A stretch of 63,987 nt of DNA, counting the filler, from Octopus bimaculoides (lineage: Eukaryota): assembly GCF_001194135.2 (NCBI RefSeq). It is 8 parts of 8 records of this genome, joined end to end, with 100 filler letters (N's around TTAATTAATTAA, not from the genome) between each part and the next. Parts side by side here need not be neighbours in the genome. Positions count along the whole stretch, not along the records: positions 20,646 to 24,933 come from NC_068993.1; positions 25,034 to 31,045 come from NC_068982.1; positions 31,146 to 45,614 come from NC_068981.1; 5 more parts are not named here. The stretch is one strand, 5' to 3'. This document shows positions 23,026-36,786 of this stretch, in pieces. Under the pieces are notes generated by a model. That model saw nothing but the letters and a program-made list of their open reading frames with translations, was not told where the DNA came from and ran no database searches. The position numbers and the translations under genes were made by a program. How positions within the stretch are numbered: position 1 is the stretch's first letter; each line of letters starts with the position of its first letter.

Positions 23026-23789
23026 TGAACTTGGCATTTCTGCGGATTGAAATTACGTTACAATCTTACCTTTTCGGCAGTTACGTGTAAAATAGCTGGG
23101 GTTCGCCAGTGCGTGTGAGAAATATATGGATTGTTTATCTGTTTGTGTTTTTACTCACAGAGAATAACTGCAGCCGGAAACTTGAAAACTGTTGATAAAG
23201 TTTTACGGTTAAGTACTAAAGACTAAAGCGTCAGAGTATAATTCTGTTAGCAGACTTAGCTATTTGGGCCGATTTTAGAGTCGGTTCTATTACCAATATC
23301 TGTGTTAATAATAATAAACAAGAGTTAATTAATTATTAGTTAGTTAACCGTATCGTTCTGCTACTTAATTCCTAAGCTCACCTTACTTGTCTGTCTACAC
23401 TTCTTCCCCTCGGAGGAAATCTCAATTTTCTTTTTGTATGTTTAACTCTTCAATATTTCTCTGATGTTCTTTCACTAATTTACCATTCCAATTTAGCAGG
23501 TAATTTAGATCTTAGCTATCAGATGAAGACGTTACCTTGTATCTCTCGTCTTGGTAGTTCCTATTCTTATATATTTATATTTATTCTGTTGCCTATCGTC
23601 TTGTTTTTGCTGTATATATATATATATATATNNNNNNNNNNNNNNNNNNNNNNNNNNNNNNNNNNNNNNNNNNNNNNNNNNNNNNNNNNNNNNNNNNNNN
23701 NNNNNNNNNNNNNNNNNNNNNNNNNNNNNNNNNNNNNNNNNNNNNNNNNNNNNNNNNNNNNNNNNNNNNNNNNNNNNNNNNNNNNNNNN

Positions 23790-23822
<33 letters not shown>

Positions 23823-24295
23823 TCGTATATATTCATATATTTCTTTCTGTAATGAGCTATTCATCAGGTAGTTACATTAGCTTCGACAGGTAACTTCTAC
23901 CTTCCATCAAATTACTTCTTTTCTTAAGTTAAGAAATATTGGTTATAATTATCTTTTGATGTCGATATCGATTTCTTATAGAGACATGCAAACCTGCAAA
24001 CGAGATTCTACATAATAACTCCACGTTCTAAATAAAACAATCCCAGTAATATCACTAGTATATTCAAAACTAGGAAGATTTTATCTGGTTTTAAGTTTCA
24101 AACGTTGAAATAACTTGTTTCCATCTAAAATAGATAGAATGGACACAAGACACAACCAGAACACTGATCTAAAAATTCTGGACCCAGTTTTCATCCTAAA
24201 TTAATAATATGTAATACAACTTATATTAACCTATCAAATGTGGAAGGATTCGGGCGATTACTTGGCTACGTTTGTATCATTTTACTTATTCAAAG

Positions 24296-24462
24296 GCAGA
24301 TAAAATGCTTAGCGGTATTTGAGTTCTAATTCCGCCAATGTCAACTTCACCTTTCATCTTTTCGGGACCGATAAAATAAAGTACAAATCAAGTACTGGGG
24401 TTTTATATCTTTGATTATTCCCCCTCCACTAAAATTACCAGCTTTCTTCGAAAATTTGAAAC
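24296..24462 (+). mobile_element. SINE fragment, same family as 29458-29720
   Basis: aaatgcttagcggtattt...gagttctaattccgcc...cctttcatc.tttcggg..cgataaa. Confidence 0.65.
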
Positions 24463-24895
24463 AGTTGGTGCCTCATTTTCTCTGTATTCGATTAACACTT
24501 CGTTCTGAAGCATAAGTATACGGATGTTCTATGCCAGGTCTTTAGTCTCCAATTGAATCTTTCAATTTCGTTTATGTACATATTGTGCATATATATGTGT
24601 GTGAGCGTGAGAGAGTGTGTGTATTTGCGTGTGTGTGTGTGTGCGTGCGCGAGTATGTATGTAAGACAATTGTGAAGTGTGTGCAATCATTATGCAACTT
24701 AAAATCAGCATCGATGATGTAACTGAATGTGAGTTATGAAACAGCTGTAAATGTACGGAATGAATATTTTTTACCTCTCACCTCTCGCAGATTTTAGTGT
24801 GTTATATATAATACATGTATATTTATATAGTTTTACTTTGAAATTACCAATTCTGTCTTCCTGGCTGATACATGGTTATTTATAATTCTAGATTT

Positions 24896-24933
<38 letters not shown>

Positions 24934-25297
24934 NNNNNNNNNNNNNNNNNNNNNNNNNNNNNNNNNNNNNNNNNNNNTTAATTAATTAANNNNNNNNNNN
25001 NNNNNNNNNNNNNNNNNNNNNNNNNNNNNNNNNCAGCAACAGCTGCAGCAATGGTGATAATCAAGGTAATTATTGTGGGAACTTGTGGAATGGTGGCTGT
25101 TATTGTAAATTTTTCTCACAAATAGGCATCAGGGATTTGTCTTCTACTATTTCCAGTTATTTAATCTTAAGCTTTTAATCTTCTACTGCATAGAATTTTT
25201 AATTAGTTTGATCACAATACTACGCCGTCTTCACTATAATTTCTGTTTATGATAACACATGTGACCAATAAACGAATGATGATGACGATGATGATGA

Positions 25298-25355
<58 letters not shown>

Positions 25356-25868
25356 GCTTTGGATTAGCAGAATTGTGACAAAACTGGCCCTTTGAATTAC
25401 AGGCACTTCTCATTTTTAACCAGCTGTACGGATTGGACAACGTGACATAAAGTGTCTTGGTTAAGACACTCTACATGTTCTTCAGAGTTTCAGCCAGTCC
25501 TAAACGAAGAATGTCTAATAGTATTCCTCAGTCAGACTTGGCTGATAGAACAATTTTTTTTAGTACTTCATCTCAATCCATTGCGATACACTGTAAAAAT
25601 GATGCTTCAGACAAATGTAAATAATAGACTGTGAATAATTTGTTCTATTTGCTGGGGCCGTCTGAAGAATGAAACAAAAGGTGTGAAATTCTGAGCTATA
25701 AGCTGGAAATATAGACGTGTGTGTATTTGAGCGTGTGTATACATATATATATTGGAAAATGTGTTAAATCCTTGGTATATGTGTGAAATCCTAGGTACAT
25801 TTGAAAATTGTAAAATTATATTATTAATCAAATTGATTAGAACTACCAGTGAAATCATTCTTTTCCTT

Positions 25869-25904
<36 letters not shown>

Positions 25905-25929
25905 GCGCACACATACATGTAGATACACT

Positions 25930-28060
25930 AGAACACCCAAAATTCAAAAACTTCTCTTCTCCTAGAGAGAATATTTCTCAAAATCGGAGATTCCAATATA
26001 CCCGATAGAGCAGTGTCATAACAGGAGAAAATATCTCTATTCAGACACATGACGGAACAAGATTACTCAAGAAAACCGGAAATAAACGAACAAAATCACC
26101 ACTGCCCCAAGAAACAACCAAAAGAGTACACTTTAAAAACTATTTTTTTAAGCCTAGAAGGAAGATTTCAGGACACCCGGTGGGACAAACCAAAGATAAG
26201 AAACCAAAAACAGTACATCTTTCTAACTTAAAATTCTCAACAACAAAAAAAAACAACAAAGAAAAACAACCTCCCACAATCCAAAAAGATCTAAAATTTG
26301 CCCCGACAGTACAGTAACAGTACAGTATCCTAACCTCAGTGAAGTACGAGACATCTCAAACGTCTGTAGAAAATTAAAGATTAACGGAAATACTGTTCGA
26401 TAAACAAAACAACGATCAATTCATTGTGCAAAACGAAAGCAACTACAACCGAACAAAAGTTAAAACGAAACACTAGACAAATTTTTGTGAGTTTGTATCC
26501 ATCTTCCCATACAATGAACCGAAATCCAGCACTAGTCGAATAGAATGGAGAATTATATATGACCAGAAAAAAAAAGGTTATCATAAAAAAATAAATAAGG
26601 GAAGTACTGTACGTTTTAAGAAAATGGAACGAAACAAAGATATCAGACTAACTTTACTTTAAGACACCACCCACTATAAAATAGTAAACAACTACCAGCA
26701 AACTAAAAACAATGTCGAGACTTAGCACCCTCATAAACCAACACAAAAAGGCTTAACTAATACAGAAATGTGTTATCTAACAACTTTTATAGCCAAAACC
26801 AGTAACTTCTAAGGACTTCCTGAAATTCTCCAAAGCAAAACAATTAACGATGTCCGCAAAGAATCATCCTTAATCTGCGTAAATATACAATATCTGAAGC
26901 ATCTCAAATTAAGACCGATTATAGCAGGCATGGCCTGCAAAACACGCAGACTTAACTTCATTGATATACAGTTGAACCGTCTCCTAAAATATATACCAAG
27001 TTTCATAAGGGATGACCAAGACCTATTACACCACCCTAAGGAAAATGTTAACAGGGATACGATCATCGTTTCATTTGATATAGTAAATCTTTATACTTAT
27101 ACTACCGTCCACACGTGTACGGACTGGAGACAAGAGGCTTTTGGTTAAGGAAATTCCCTGGTGAAATTCCGGACAGAATAGATAAAAGATTCAAAATAGA
27201 GGGATTCATCTTTCAAAACAACTTTTTTTAATTTCGAGGGAAACAACTTCCGTGACAAGTTCAAAAATTGTCCCAACATACGCTAACTTGGGCAGGACAT
27301 ATCTAGGGGTTAAACTGTATGAACAAGCCAAATCAAAGTATGATATCGACTTCAAAATATATCTAGTAGAAAACTGGAAGCGCTACTTAGATGATTACCT
27401 CATTCTATGGGCAACCTCTATTAAGTCAATGATTTTACATCCCTACTCAGTAGTATCTATAACAATGTTCATTTTACAAGGGAATATAGCCAAAAACCAA
27501 CTATCTCTCAGGCATTTTGACCATAAAGACTGACACAAACATCAAAACCATTATCCATTACAAACCAACGAACTCTAAACAGAACCAAGAGCCAAGAATA
27601 AAAAAGCACTTGAATCACACCAAATAATCAAATGCAAAAACGACAACCAAAATCCCTAAAGATTTACATATCAGCGTAAAACTACCAAAATGTAATCCCA
27701 ACAGTTAGAAAGTGTGGCCACTCCAATTGCGGAATTTGTATCAACCTTATTGAGGATACATCATATACATTTATATCAGGATAAGTTTTTTCTGTGACAA
27801 ACCACTTGTTCATCAAAAATTTAATATAAGCCATTAAATGCAATTGATGCAGTGAAAATGACGTTGGACAAACCAAACTAACTTTGAGAATGAGATTAAT
27901 TGAGTTGTCAGGTACAAATTGGAGATCCCAAGACTAGAAAAGTCCCATTCAGTGAACATTTTGATAACCAAATCTCTCAGATTCCTAGTCCTTCCACTTT
28001 ATCAGTGAATCAAGCACGTTTAAATAAAAGAAATTCGTTTATTAAAAAATACAAACCACG
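25930..28060 (+). mobile_element. Heavily decayed Penelope-like element (RT plus GIY-YIG)
   Basis: SNF*GLPEI, RPIIAG, SFIRDDQD, VSFDIVNLYT, PTYANL, WKRYLDD, IHYKPTNS, and a Cys-containing GIY-YIG region (KCGHSNCGIC...VGQT). Confidence 0.8.
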
Positions 28061-28391
28061 TCTGACTTTGCTATGAAAACACTAAAAATCATATACGATT
28101 CGCCATTTACAATGAATGCTTTACAATGTTGAATAAAAATCCATGCTGATTGAAGTGAAACATATCTCTCTTTAAAGCTCATCAATTGCATTTAAATCTC
28201 GGGATTAGTAAATTTCAATTATTTTCATTTCACTTTCCCAGATTTTTTCTATTCTTATGTATNNNNNNNNNNNNNNNNNNNNNNNNNNNNNNNNNNNNNN
28301 NNNNNNNNNNNNNNNNNNNNNNNNNNNNNNNNNNNNNNNNNNNNNNNNNNNNNNNNNNNNNNNNNNNNTACACACACACACACACACACAG

Positions 28392-28424
<33 letters not shown>

Positions 28425-29457
28425 TGTATGTATGTATGTATGCATGTATTAGGTCTGTATGTGTTTATGTGTTTCTATGTATACGCAACAATGAGAAAAA
28501 AACTTCGGTGTTGGCAACGATGAAATCAATAAAGGAATCGACAAATAAGACTGGTACTAATGTAGAAGTTAAATGCTGATGATGGCGCTGTGGTGTGGGA
28601 CGATAGCGAAGAAATGAAAAAGAGATGATGAGGTGATGATTATGGATATAATCATGATATGACTACAAAGCAATGATGAAAAAGGAATACAAAAGGATAA
28701 ATATATTGCAATAGGTCATATATCTTTTATTACTGATGTAAGCCGTTTCAAGCGACTCTGTTATTTTACTCCGGTTATTTTCTATTTGATTTTAAGCGTA
28801 TCAAAAGTTGGAGGTTAATCATACGACACTTAGCGATCTTGTTTTGAAGGGGCTCGATAATGTCAGTTAATCAGATAGAACATTATAGAGGCTCGCGCAC
28901 ATCTATAGGAATACACACACACACTCACACACACACACAGACACAGACACACAAACACACACAATGCGCATGAAACTGTCTTTGTGTGTTTGTGCGTGAG
29001 ACTGTATATGTGTGTAGTGTATGTGAAGCACATACGCACTCATACTCTTAGGTATGTATGCAATTGCGTACGTACGTATATATGTATGTCATTTGTATGT
29101 ATCTGTGTGTACATGTATAAGTGTGTATATGTATGTTTATATATATATGTATGTATGTACGTATGTATGTACGTATGTATGTCTCCATAAGTAAACTGCA
29201 AAGCTATATTACTCTTACTTATACGGGTTTATAATTCTTTTTTTTTAATTACAATGAAAGCATTTTCACTGACCTGTTTACAGATAACTTTAGATATTTG
29301 TATCTCAATGGATTATATTTTTGTATCAAATGATCTGAAAGGACAGCTACTCACTCTAGTATCTATAATTTCTTTCTCTGATCATCTAGTCAAGTATCTA
29401 ATCTGTTACATATCCATTCATCCATCCTTTCATCTTTCGATATTTCAAGTTAGGCAA

Positions 29458-29670
29458 GGCGGTGAGCTGGCAGAATCGTTAACACGCCGGGCAAAATGTT
29501 TAGCAGCACTTCCTCTGCCTTTACGCTCTGAATTCAAATTCCACTGAGGTCGATTTTTGCCTTTCATCCCTTCGGGGTCGATAAATTAAGTACCAGTCGA
29601 GCACTGGAGTCGATGTAATCGACTAGTCCTCTTCCCAAAAATGTCAGGCCTTGTGCCTATAGTAGAAAGG

Positions 29671-29720
<50 letters not shown>
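29458..29720 (+). mobile_element. tRNA-derived SINE with (ATT)n tail
   Basis: ggcggtgagctggcagaatcg head, gaattcaaattcc B-box-like motif, (ATT)n tail from 29671. Confidence 0.8.
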
Positions 29721-29829
29721 TAAGGGGGCAGCAAAACATTTAAGAAATAAAAAAGAACAAAAAATAAGCCAATAAAGCATACAAAGAGAAGCTCGTTGAC
29801 GAGGACATGAACAAACCAATACCCAGTTG

Positions 29830-29946
29830 TCAAGCACTGGGGCTATTTTGTAGATGATACTTACCGTAAGTACCGCGCAGTGGGACTGAACCTGAAATCA
29901 CGTGGTTGCTAAGCGAACTTCTAAACCATACAACCATGCCTGCACC
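29830..29946 (-). mobile_element. tRNA-derived SINE head fragment
   Basis: Reverse complement reads ggtgcaggcatggttgtatggtttagaagttcgc...ggttcagtcccactgcg. Confidence 0.7.
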
Positions 29947-30121
29947 TATGGAAACCTTTCTTTCTCCCCATCTATAAATTTCAGGTTCCTTAATTATGTA
30001 AAAGAACCACAATAACACAGATACTCAGGCAAACAAGTCTACAACACTACATAACATATTCATGAGCAACACAGATTTTAGCCTGAACAATCTCTGATAG
30101 CTCCAGATGGAAATCCGTGAA

Positions 30122-30310
30122 GGCGCGTGGCCTAGTGGTTAGGGAGTTTCACTCATGATCGCAAGATTGTGATTTTGTTTCCCAGACCGGGAAAATACTT
30201 CATTTCACGTTTCTCCAGTCCAATTAGTTGTAAATGAATAATCCTGTTCAGGGGGATGTTAGGTTCTCGGTCACTTATACGCCATGGAAACAGAGTAAAC
30301 GGCCCTATGC
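30122..30310 (+). mobile_element. tRNA-derived SINE, family related to 20775-21096
   Basis: ggcgcgtggcctagtggttagg A-box head; tttcacgtttctccagtcca body. Confidence 0.7.
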
Positions 30311-31145
30311 ACGCTGGTATCGAAGAGGAGACAACCACTCCGAAATGCATGCATCCACCAGTCTGGAGCGCTGCGAACTGACACGGTGTGTTTACATCTA
30401 TCTGTCTTCAGCCAGAAATTTTTGCCATGACAAAATACAGTAAATAGCTTTCTTGCGGGTTCGAATATGTCGCAATTATATTTGAACTGGTAACAAGTTT
30501 CTACTTATACATACCACCGCTTAGCGCTTTTATTCCGTATTGAAACAATAATGTCCAAGAGACTTACTTACATAGCTACTCGAAACTATTGGTGTGGCTT
30601 TGATGACAACACAAGTATTGAGTTTCTTCTGCAGAGTTAAGAAATCAGGAATCCAGAACAGTTATACAAAACAAGATGTGAATAAAATAACGCAGATATA
30701 TCCAGTACTGAATTTCCATAAAGCATATGCACACACATGCACTTTTCTACATTTTATAAAGGATACATTTCCCATTCACTGAAAGAGTAAGAAGGTCACC
30801 ACGGTCTTTATTTCTCTCACAATGTTCTCAGTTAAACTCTTAATCCTTGTCTGATCTTTCATCATACTTACTGTGTCTTACTCCTGTACCAAAATATCTT
30901 CACCGTGCTGCTTTCATATAACTTAATCTTTCTGAATTCATCACTTACCTTCTGCTTTTTCTATTCAGTAAGTCACTCATGATAATTCAGATTGACCATT
31001 ATGAATTCCAACATCACATTATTTCTATTTTCTTACCTAAAAAAANNNNNNNNNNNNNNNNNNNNNNNNNNNNNNNNNNNNNNNNNNNNTTAATTAATTA
31101 ANNNNNNNNNNNNNNNNNNNNNNNNNNNNNNNNNNNNNNNNNNNN

Positions 31146-31511
31146 CTGCAGCTGTCTCACTAGAAATATGGCATCAGTGGTGCTTTTACCTGGCACGAAC
31201 CCAAACTGCATCTCATCTAAATTGATTCGCTCCCTAATTAGTTGGGCTATGACCCTCTCCGTAACTTTCATAACCTGATCTAACAGCTTGATGCCTCTAT
31301 AATTATTAGTATCTAAAGCGTCACCTTTACCTTTGTAGCAGTTTACTATGGTGCTGCTACACCAGTCATTGGGTATGACTCCTTCGTGTATCACCTGGTT
31401 CGTAATACGGGTGACTAGGCTGTAGCCAACACTGCCAGATATTTTGAGCATCTCTGCAGTGATTCCTGATGGGCCGGGGGCTTTCCCGGTCTTCATACTC
31501 TTAATTGCTTT
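31146..31511 (-). pseudogene. RTE-clade RT fragment, cut by a spacer
   Basis: MKTGKAPGPSG...NYRGIKLL...QFGFVPGKSTTDAIFLVRQLQ, near-identical family to 17983-18642. Confidence 0.95.
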
Positions 31512-31881
31512 AATTCATAGATACAGTTTTGTAACAGTCTAGTATGTTTGACCCACTCTAATCTGCTCCTGTAAGTTCACTGTTGCTATGTAGCTCCAGG
31601 TCCTGGCCAATTAAATCAACGATCAAAAACCTAAGTGAGATCATGTCTTTTCTGTATATCCAGATATAATAAGGAAAATTTGGTTTCTATTTCTAGCAGA
31701 TTAAACAACCATGCAGAGGTTCTCTTGATGGCTTGTATATCTAGAGACTGTAGTGATAGGCAGAGTGAAGACAGACAAGTGAATCTCATCAGAGAATGAC
31801 ACACATTGTAAACTATATCACTCATTGGATTCATTCCAGTACACTGAGTTTACAGATGCTACTTCTTTTAAGCTTGTTTAA

Positions 31882-32941
31882 CCCTTTTGTTACTAACCTG
31901 GTCGTAGCTGGCCAAAAATTTTTTTGGGTTCATAAGACCAACCCAGCCGTAGCTGGCCGAGAGTACCCATTGTTATTTAAATGTATATTTGAACCCAAAT
32001 CTCGTTAGTACATTTGTTAAAACACCTGATTTCACTTTGCAAACAGTTGAGTTATTGTATCCGACATTGTTTGGCGTGATATTTGAACTCAGTGAATTTT
32101 GGAAGATTTTTTTTCCACATTTTTTGCGGCGTTAATTTTTTTCAACTTTGAAGATGGAGAGGAGTTTCATGCTATCAAGCAGTGATTCTGAATTTGAAGG
32201 TTTTTCAACAGAAGATATGGAGATATCGAAGAAAAGAATGAATGAGCTACAAAAGCATGTGGTGAACGAGAATGAATTGGATATTTCTGTATCTGAAACT
32301 GAAAGCAGTGACGGTGACAGCGAGGATGATTTTACACCAGAATGGAGTAAAAACTTAAAAAAACGTTTTTATTAACAATTTTTCTGAGGAGACAGGATCT
32401 ACCTATAGTCTTTCTCAGGATGCGTAACCATTAGACTTTTTCTTATTTTTTCCAGCATGCTTGTTTGTAGCGATCACTGCGGAAACAAACTGTTACGCAG
32501 AATGTAAACAAGCTGGAAAAAAAAAGATAGCTTGTGGTTTCCTGCAACTGTAGATGAAATATGGGCATTTTTTGCCATAAATGTTATTATGGGTATTAGA
32601 CAGTTACCCAGAATAACAAATTACTGGAGCGATCAGGAACCTTTTGGCGATGAATATATTTCCAGTATTATGAACGAGTACGATTTGTGAAGCTGAACCA
32701 ATATTTACATGTGAGAGACACTAGCAGTACCCCAGTATGTGGAGAACTTTGAGACAAAAATTATGCAATAGAATTGATTAAGAACCCTTTCTTTAATTAT
32801 GTTCCAAATATCACATTAATATGTTGATAAATAAAAAAGTTACAGGTGTTTAATGAGACTAGTCTAAATTCATGATTATTTTAGAATTTAATTGAAACTC
32901 ATGAGGGGTGTATTTTGGTCAGAAATATAGTAACGAAAGGG
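31882..32941 (+). mobile_element. Internally deleted piggyBac-family transposon
   Basis: TTAA TSD (31878-31881, 32942-32945); TIRs CCCTTTTGTTAC and GTAACGAAAGGG (11/12 match); decayed transposase from ATG 32154 with an acidic N-terminus and EIWAFFAINVIMGIRQLPRITNYWS motif. Confidence 0.9.
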
Positions 32942-33480
32942 TTAAAGTAGTATTGTAAAAGCTTTCTGAAGGGTTTTTGCAATGATTGAAAGTGGAAAGG
33001 GAACATGCAGTTAGGGGCTTGAAAACCAAACATGCTTAGGTGGTGTTTCTTTTTTAGATTCATTACAGAAGCAGTCTGCATGAAACCAAATATGTTATTT
33101 TCTGTTCCACATCTGTTTTTTGTGGAGAGACTGATATGAGAGAGGAAAGGTTGGTGTAGTCTCTGATGAAATGATAATAATTTCTGTGTTGGCCACATGC
33201 ACATATTGTGCTTTGTTTTCATCTCTATTACCATGATTTCTAAAAGTGCTGTGAATATTGTGAAACAATTGTATGCAATGTGTAGTATTTTTGCCACCTG
33301 CAAGTACAGAATGTTGAGTGTGATGGTATATTTGATGTTCCTGTTATAGTAGAGTTAATAAGTGCTACTTCTAGCTTATTTGAATTCTAGTTGTGTTTGA
33401 AAAACAGTGAAAGGCAGTAACTGTGAATCTATATCCAAATAAGGCTTTGCTTCAAGCAAGTATGAAAAGGTTGTGGAAAT

Positions 33481-34050
33481 CATCATCATTTAATGTCTGT
33501 TGACCACGCTGGCATGGATTGGATGGTTTGATCAAAGCTGGCAAGTTGGAGAGCTGCACCAGGCTCCAGTCTGATTTAGCATGGTTTCTATGGCTGGATG
33601 CCCTTCCTTATGCCAACCACTTTACAGCATGTGCTGGGTGCTTTTACATGGCACAGCCATGAGTGCTTTTCACCACCAGGACTGGGTTTAACACTTCTGC
33701 TGTGGAGTGTTCTTGAGTATGGGTGTTATTGAGTACAGCAAGACACCAGGCATCTCACCTGAAAGGTTCAATGTCCTGAGGCCATTCTTCAGTACTTATC
33801 CCACATCTTCCTGGGTGCTCCACTTCCACGTGTTCCATCAACTTTGAGAGATCGCACTTCTTTATGGAGCTGTTGGCGTCCATTCACATCACATAACCAA
33901 ACCAGCGCAATCTTGTATCTTGCACACAACAACTAATTCCTCGAACATGTACACATCCAGTGGAGCATACTAGCTTCAGTCCTTTCTAACCTTCACGTAT
34001 CCTCTGTGTTCAGGGTCTACGTCTCACTGTCATGTAGAATTGTTCTCTGT
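33481..34050 (-). mobile_element. RTE LINE 3' end
   Basis: (CAT)n tail complement at 33481, 3' UTR ggatgcccttcc..gccaaccac, and decayed C-terminal ORF. Confidence 0.8.
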
Positions 34051-35249
34051 ATAAGTTAGAAACAGTTAGTGGAAGAAGAAAGCCTTGTGGTATGCTCTTT
34101 TGGTAACTTTAGATTTGACAAGATAGTTCTCCAGCTAGTGTTGTTTAGAATATTGTTGAGAAGGAGGTAATGGAAAATAGGGTGACATATTTTGCTGATA
34201 TCGATAGTAATCAAAATGGTGTGTATTCTTTTATTCTTTAATGGGCATCAGTCAATGGAGTGCAATTATCATAGGGTGCTGACTTCTGGATGTAGTCTAT
34301 CACATCAGGTTTTTAAACACACACACAAACATGTATTCAATAAGCTTCTGCACAGTTTCCAGATACTAAATTCCATTCACAAAATACTGGTCAACTTATT
34401 TCCTCAAAATAGCATACAGTATAATTGAATTCAGAACCAAAGAAAACCTGTTAACCACAGAGTTGTGCCTGCACCTACAAGAGATATTTTGAAACCATTC
34501 AAAGTTAATAACCAAAGATAAAGTGAGATAGTGGAGCGAAATAGACAGTTGAACACTAGAAATTACAAAAAGGACTGTGTCTATAATTGCTTTAAAGAGA
34601 TTCAAGAAGTTCAAATATAGTTGTTGAGGTACTGAATATTACAAGTCAGTCAGTGTAGCACTAGTCATTTGCTTACAAAATCAAATCTGTAGGTAATTGT
34701 TATTCACAATGATTGGTGTAGCAACACCATCATTAACTACTATGTAGATGTGCTAAAAAGGGAAAATTATAGGTTTCTTAAGCTAATGAATAAAGTTTGA
34801 AAAATAATAGGAGTTATAATAAATTTACTGCTAGATAAATTTGTCTTGCATTGCAGACCTATAAATGAGAAAACTATGAAGAAACTTGGTAAAATATAAA
34901 CAACCTTAAATATTTGATGACTTCAAGATTATACAGTCTCGAAGGCAAGAAAAAAAAAAAAACAAAAAAAAACGAAACATGACTGAATGACTAGTGAGTG
35001 CTCAAAACTTTTACATCATCTACTTCTCCATATTTGTATGAAATGATATTTATTGAAGCAAAATATCTACAGCTGGATGCCCTTCTTGTTGCCAACACTT
35101 CCTTGTTACCAAGCAAGATATTTAGTTCCTAGCTTAGACATGTTTTCATAGAAGATTACAAATAAGCATCATTGTCTGCATGGTGCTGAAATCTGTTTAT
35201 AATTAGTATGTGATGTCAAAACAAAGAAGGACGGACACAGACACACAGG

Positions 35250-35410
35250 GCAGGCTTCTTTTTAGTTTCTGTTGACTGAATTCAGACACAAGGCTTTGAT
35301 CGGCTTGGGGCTTTAGTAGCAGGCACTTACCCAATGTGCCCTGCAGTTGGATTGAACTTACAGTCACATGGTCGCAAAATGAACATCTTAACCATACACC
35401 ATGCCTATAC
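35250..35410 (-). mobile_element. Diverged tRNA-derived SINE
   Basis: Same family as 38345-38740. Confidence 0.65.
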
Positions 35411-35419
35411 CTATAGACA

Positions 35420-35600
35420 AAGTTGTTAAAAGCCAAACTGAGATCAGCAGTGAACTCTGAAAAATTTAGTGCAGATCTGGATTTGTATCAAGGTTTGGTC
35501 TTTAGCTCCCTTTTTCAAAATAGCAGCTTAAGACAGGCTGTTTATTGTACTTGTGTATGGCAACAATGTAGTTCACATTGCAGAATTTATTGCATTAAAA
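35420..35600 (+). pseudogene. Very decayed RTE RT remnant
   Basis: KLRSAVNSEKFSADLDLYQGLVFSSLF aligns with KVRVGNEYSEEFWVEVGVHQGSVLSPLLF of the 18-kb copy. Confidence 0.45.
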
Positions 35601-36742
35601 AACAACACAAAACAACAACAGAGTATGGGCGTATAGGAGCCTGATAGTTAGCAGGACACAATCTAAAGTACTAGTCAATAGCAGAAGCAATTAGTGATAT
35701 CTGAGATATGATAGAACTCAGTATAACAGAAAGGAATAGATCAGAATTTAATACTGTGTGATCAGTATAAATAACCAGGTACATAAGAAATGTATAACTT
35801 CATAGGAATTCAAAATTTCACATGTATTTGAATATCCTTATATACAGTCATCCAGGGTTTCTTGGGCGGTTTATTGAAGGAAGGAAAGTTCAATGTAAAT
35901 GATATAGTTAGTGACAGAAGTAAGCCTTAAGAACAGAGAAGCTAGCGGACATAAGAAACAGTAGTTTAAAAACCACTACTGTTCATTTTAAAATGTTTCG
36001 CTATGCAGATAAAAGATACACTATGTGAGCATGCGTAATATGTGCAATGCTGTGTTACACAGCAATGAAATATGATCTATAAATACAAATGATTGGAGAT
36101 AATTAAGATAGATTTCAAACTTAAATTTGTAAGTGCATTTGAGTGCAAGTAGATTGAGAAAATGATTAATATCAAAGAATTGGTAAATGTAGCAGAAGAG
36201 CATGTATTAGAGGAACAAATAATACAAATGCATGATACACATGAGATGAAAAAAATTATGTGAATTGATGTTTGAAGATACCAATAGTACAGGTAGCTTT
36301 AAATAATTTTGGAAGGCGTAGTCAGGTTGAGCATAATAAATTGAAATGAGACATATAGAGAGATATTCATGATTATAGTTATAACTTGCTAATTTCAAGC
36401 AATAGGAAGCCAAAACTGTCTAGGAAATTATTTTAGTTGATGCTCAATAGGAATACTTGGTAGTCACTGTTAATTTTTGGCCCACTAAAAGGATGCACAG
36501 GAAATGTGAAGTTCATAAATTGAAACAGCTGGTCAAGATATACAACTGTAATATTAAATAAAAACACTCATCTTTCTTTTATTCATACTTTTATGTTACT
36601 TAGAGTATAGAGTCATTTTATTAAATTTACAGTAGGTTGCAACAAGACAGACATCATCAACAATATACAAAAGTATAAAAGTAAAAATAGAAAGTTTAGT
36701 CTCAAACTGAAGAAAGAAAGCTCTATAAGAGAAACTAAAATG

Positions 36743-36786
<44 letters not shown>

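Noticed and set aside
33232-33297. Symmetric 66-nt minus-strand exon candidate (cttgcag|...ATG|gtaata)
   Set aside because: The splice signals are plausible but two frames are open and neither resembles a known domain.
34857-34888. Plus-strand micro-exon candidate (PINEKTMKKL); similar candidates near 45320, 54580-54726 and 61600
   Set aside because: Isolated AG/GT pairs are expected by chance in AT-rich DNA, and no coherent multi-exon product could be assembled.
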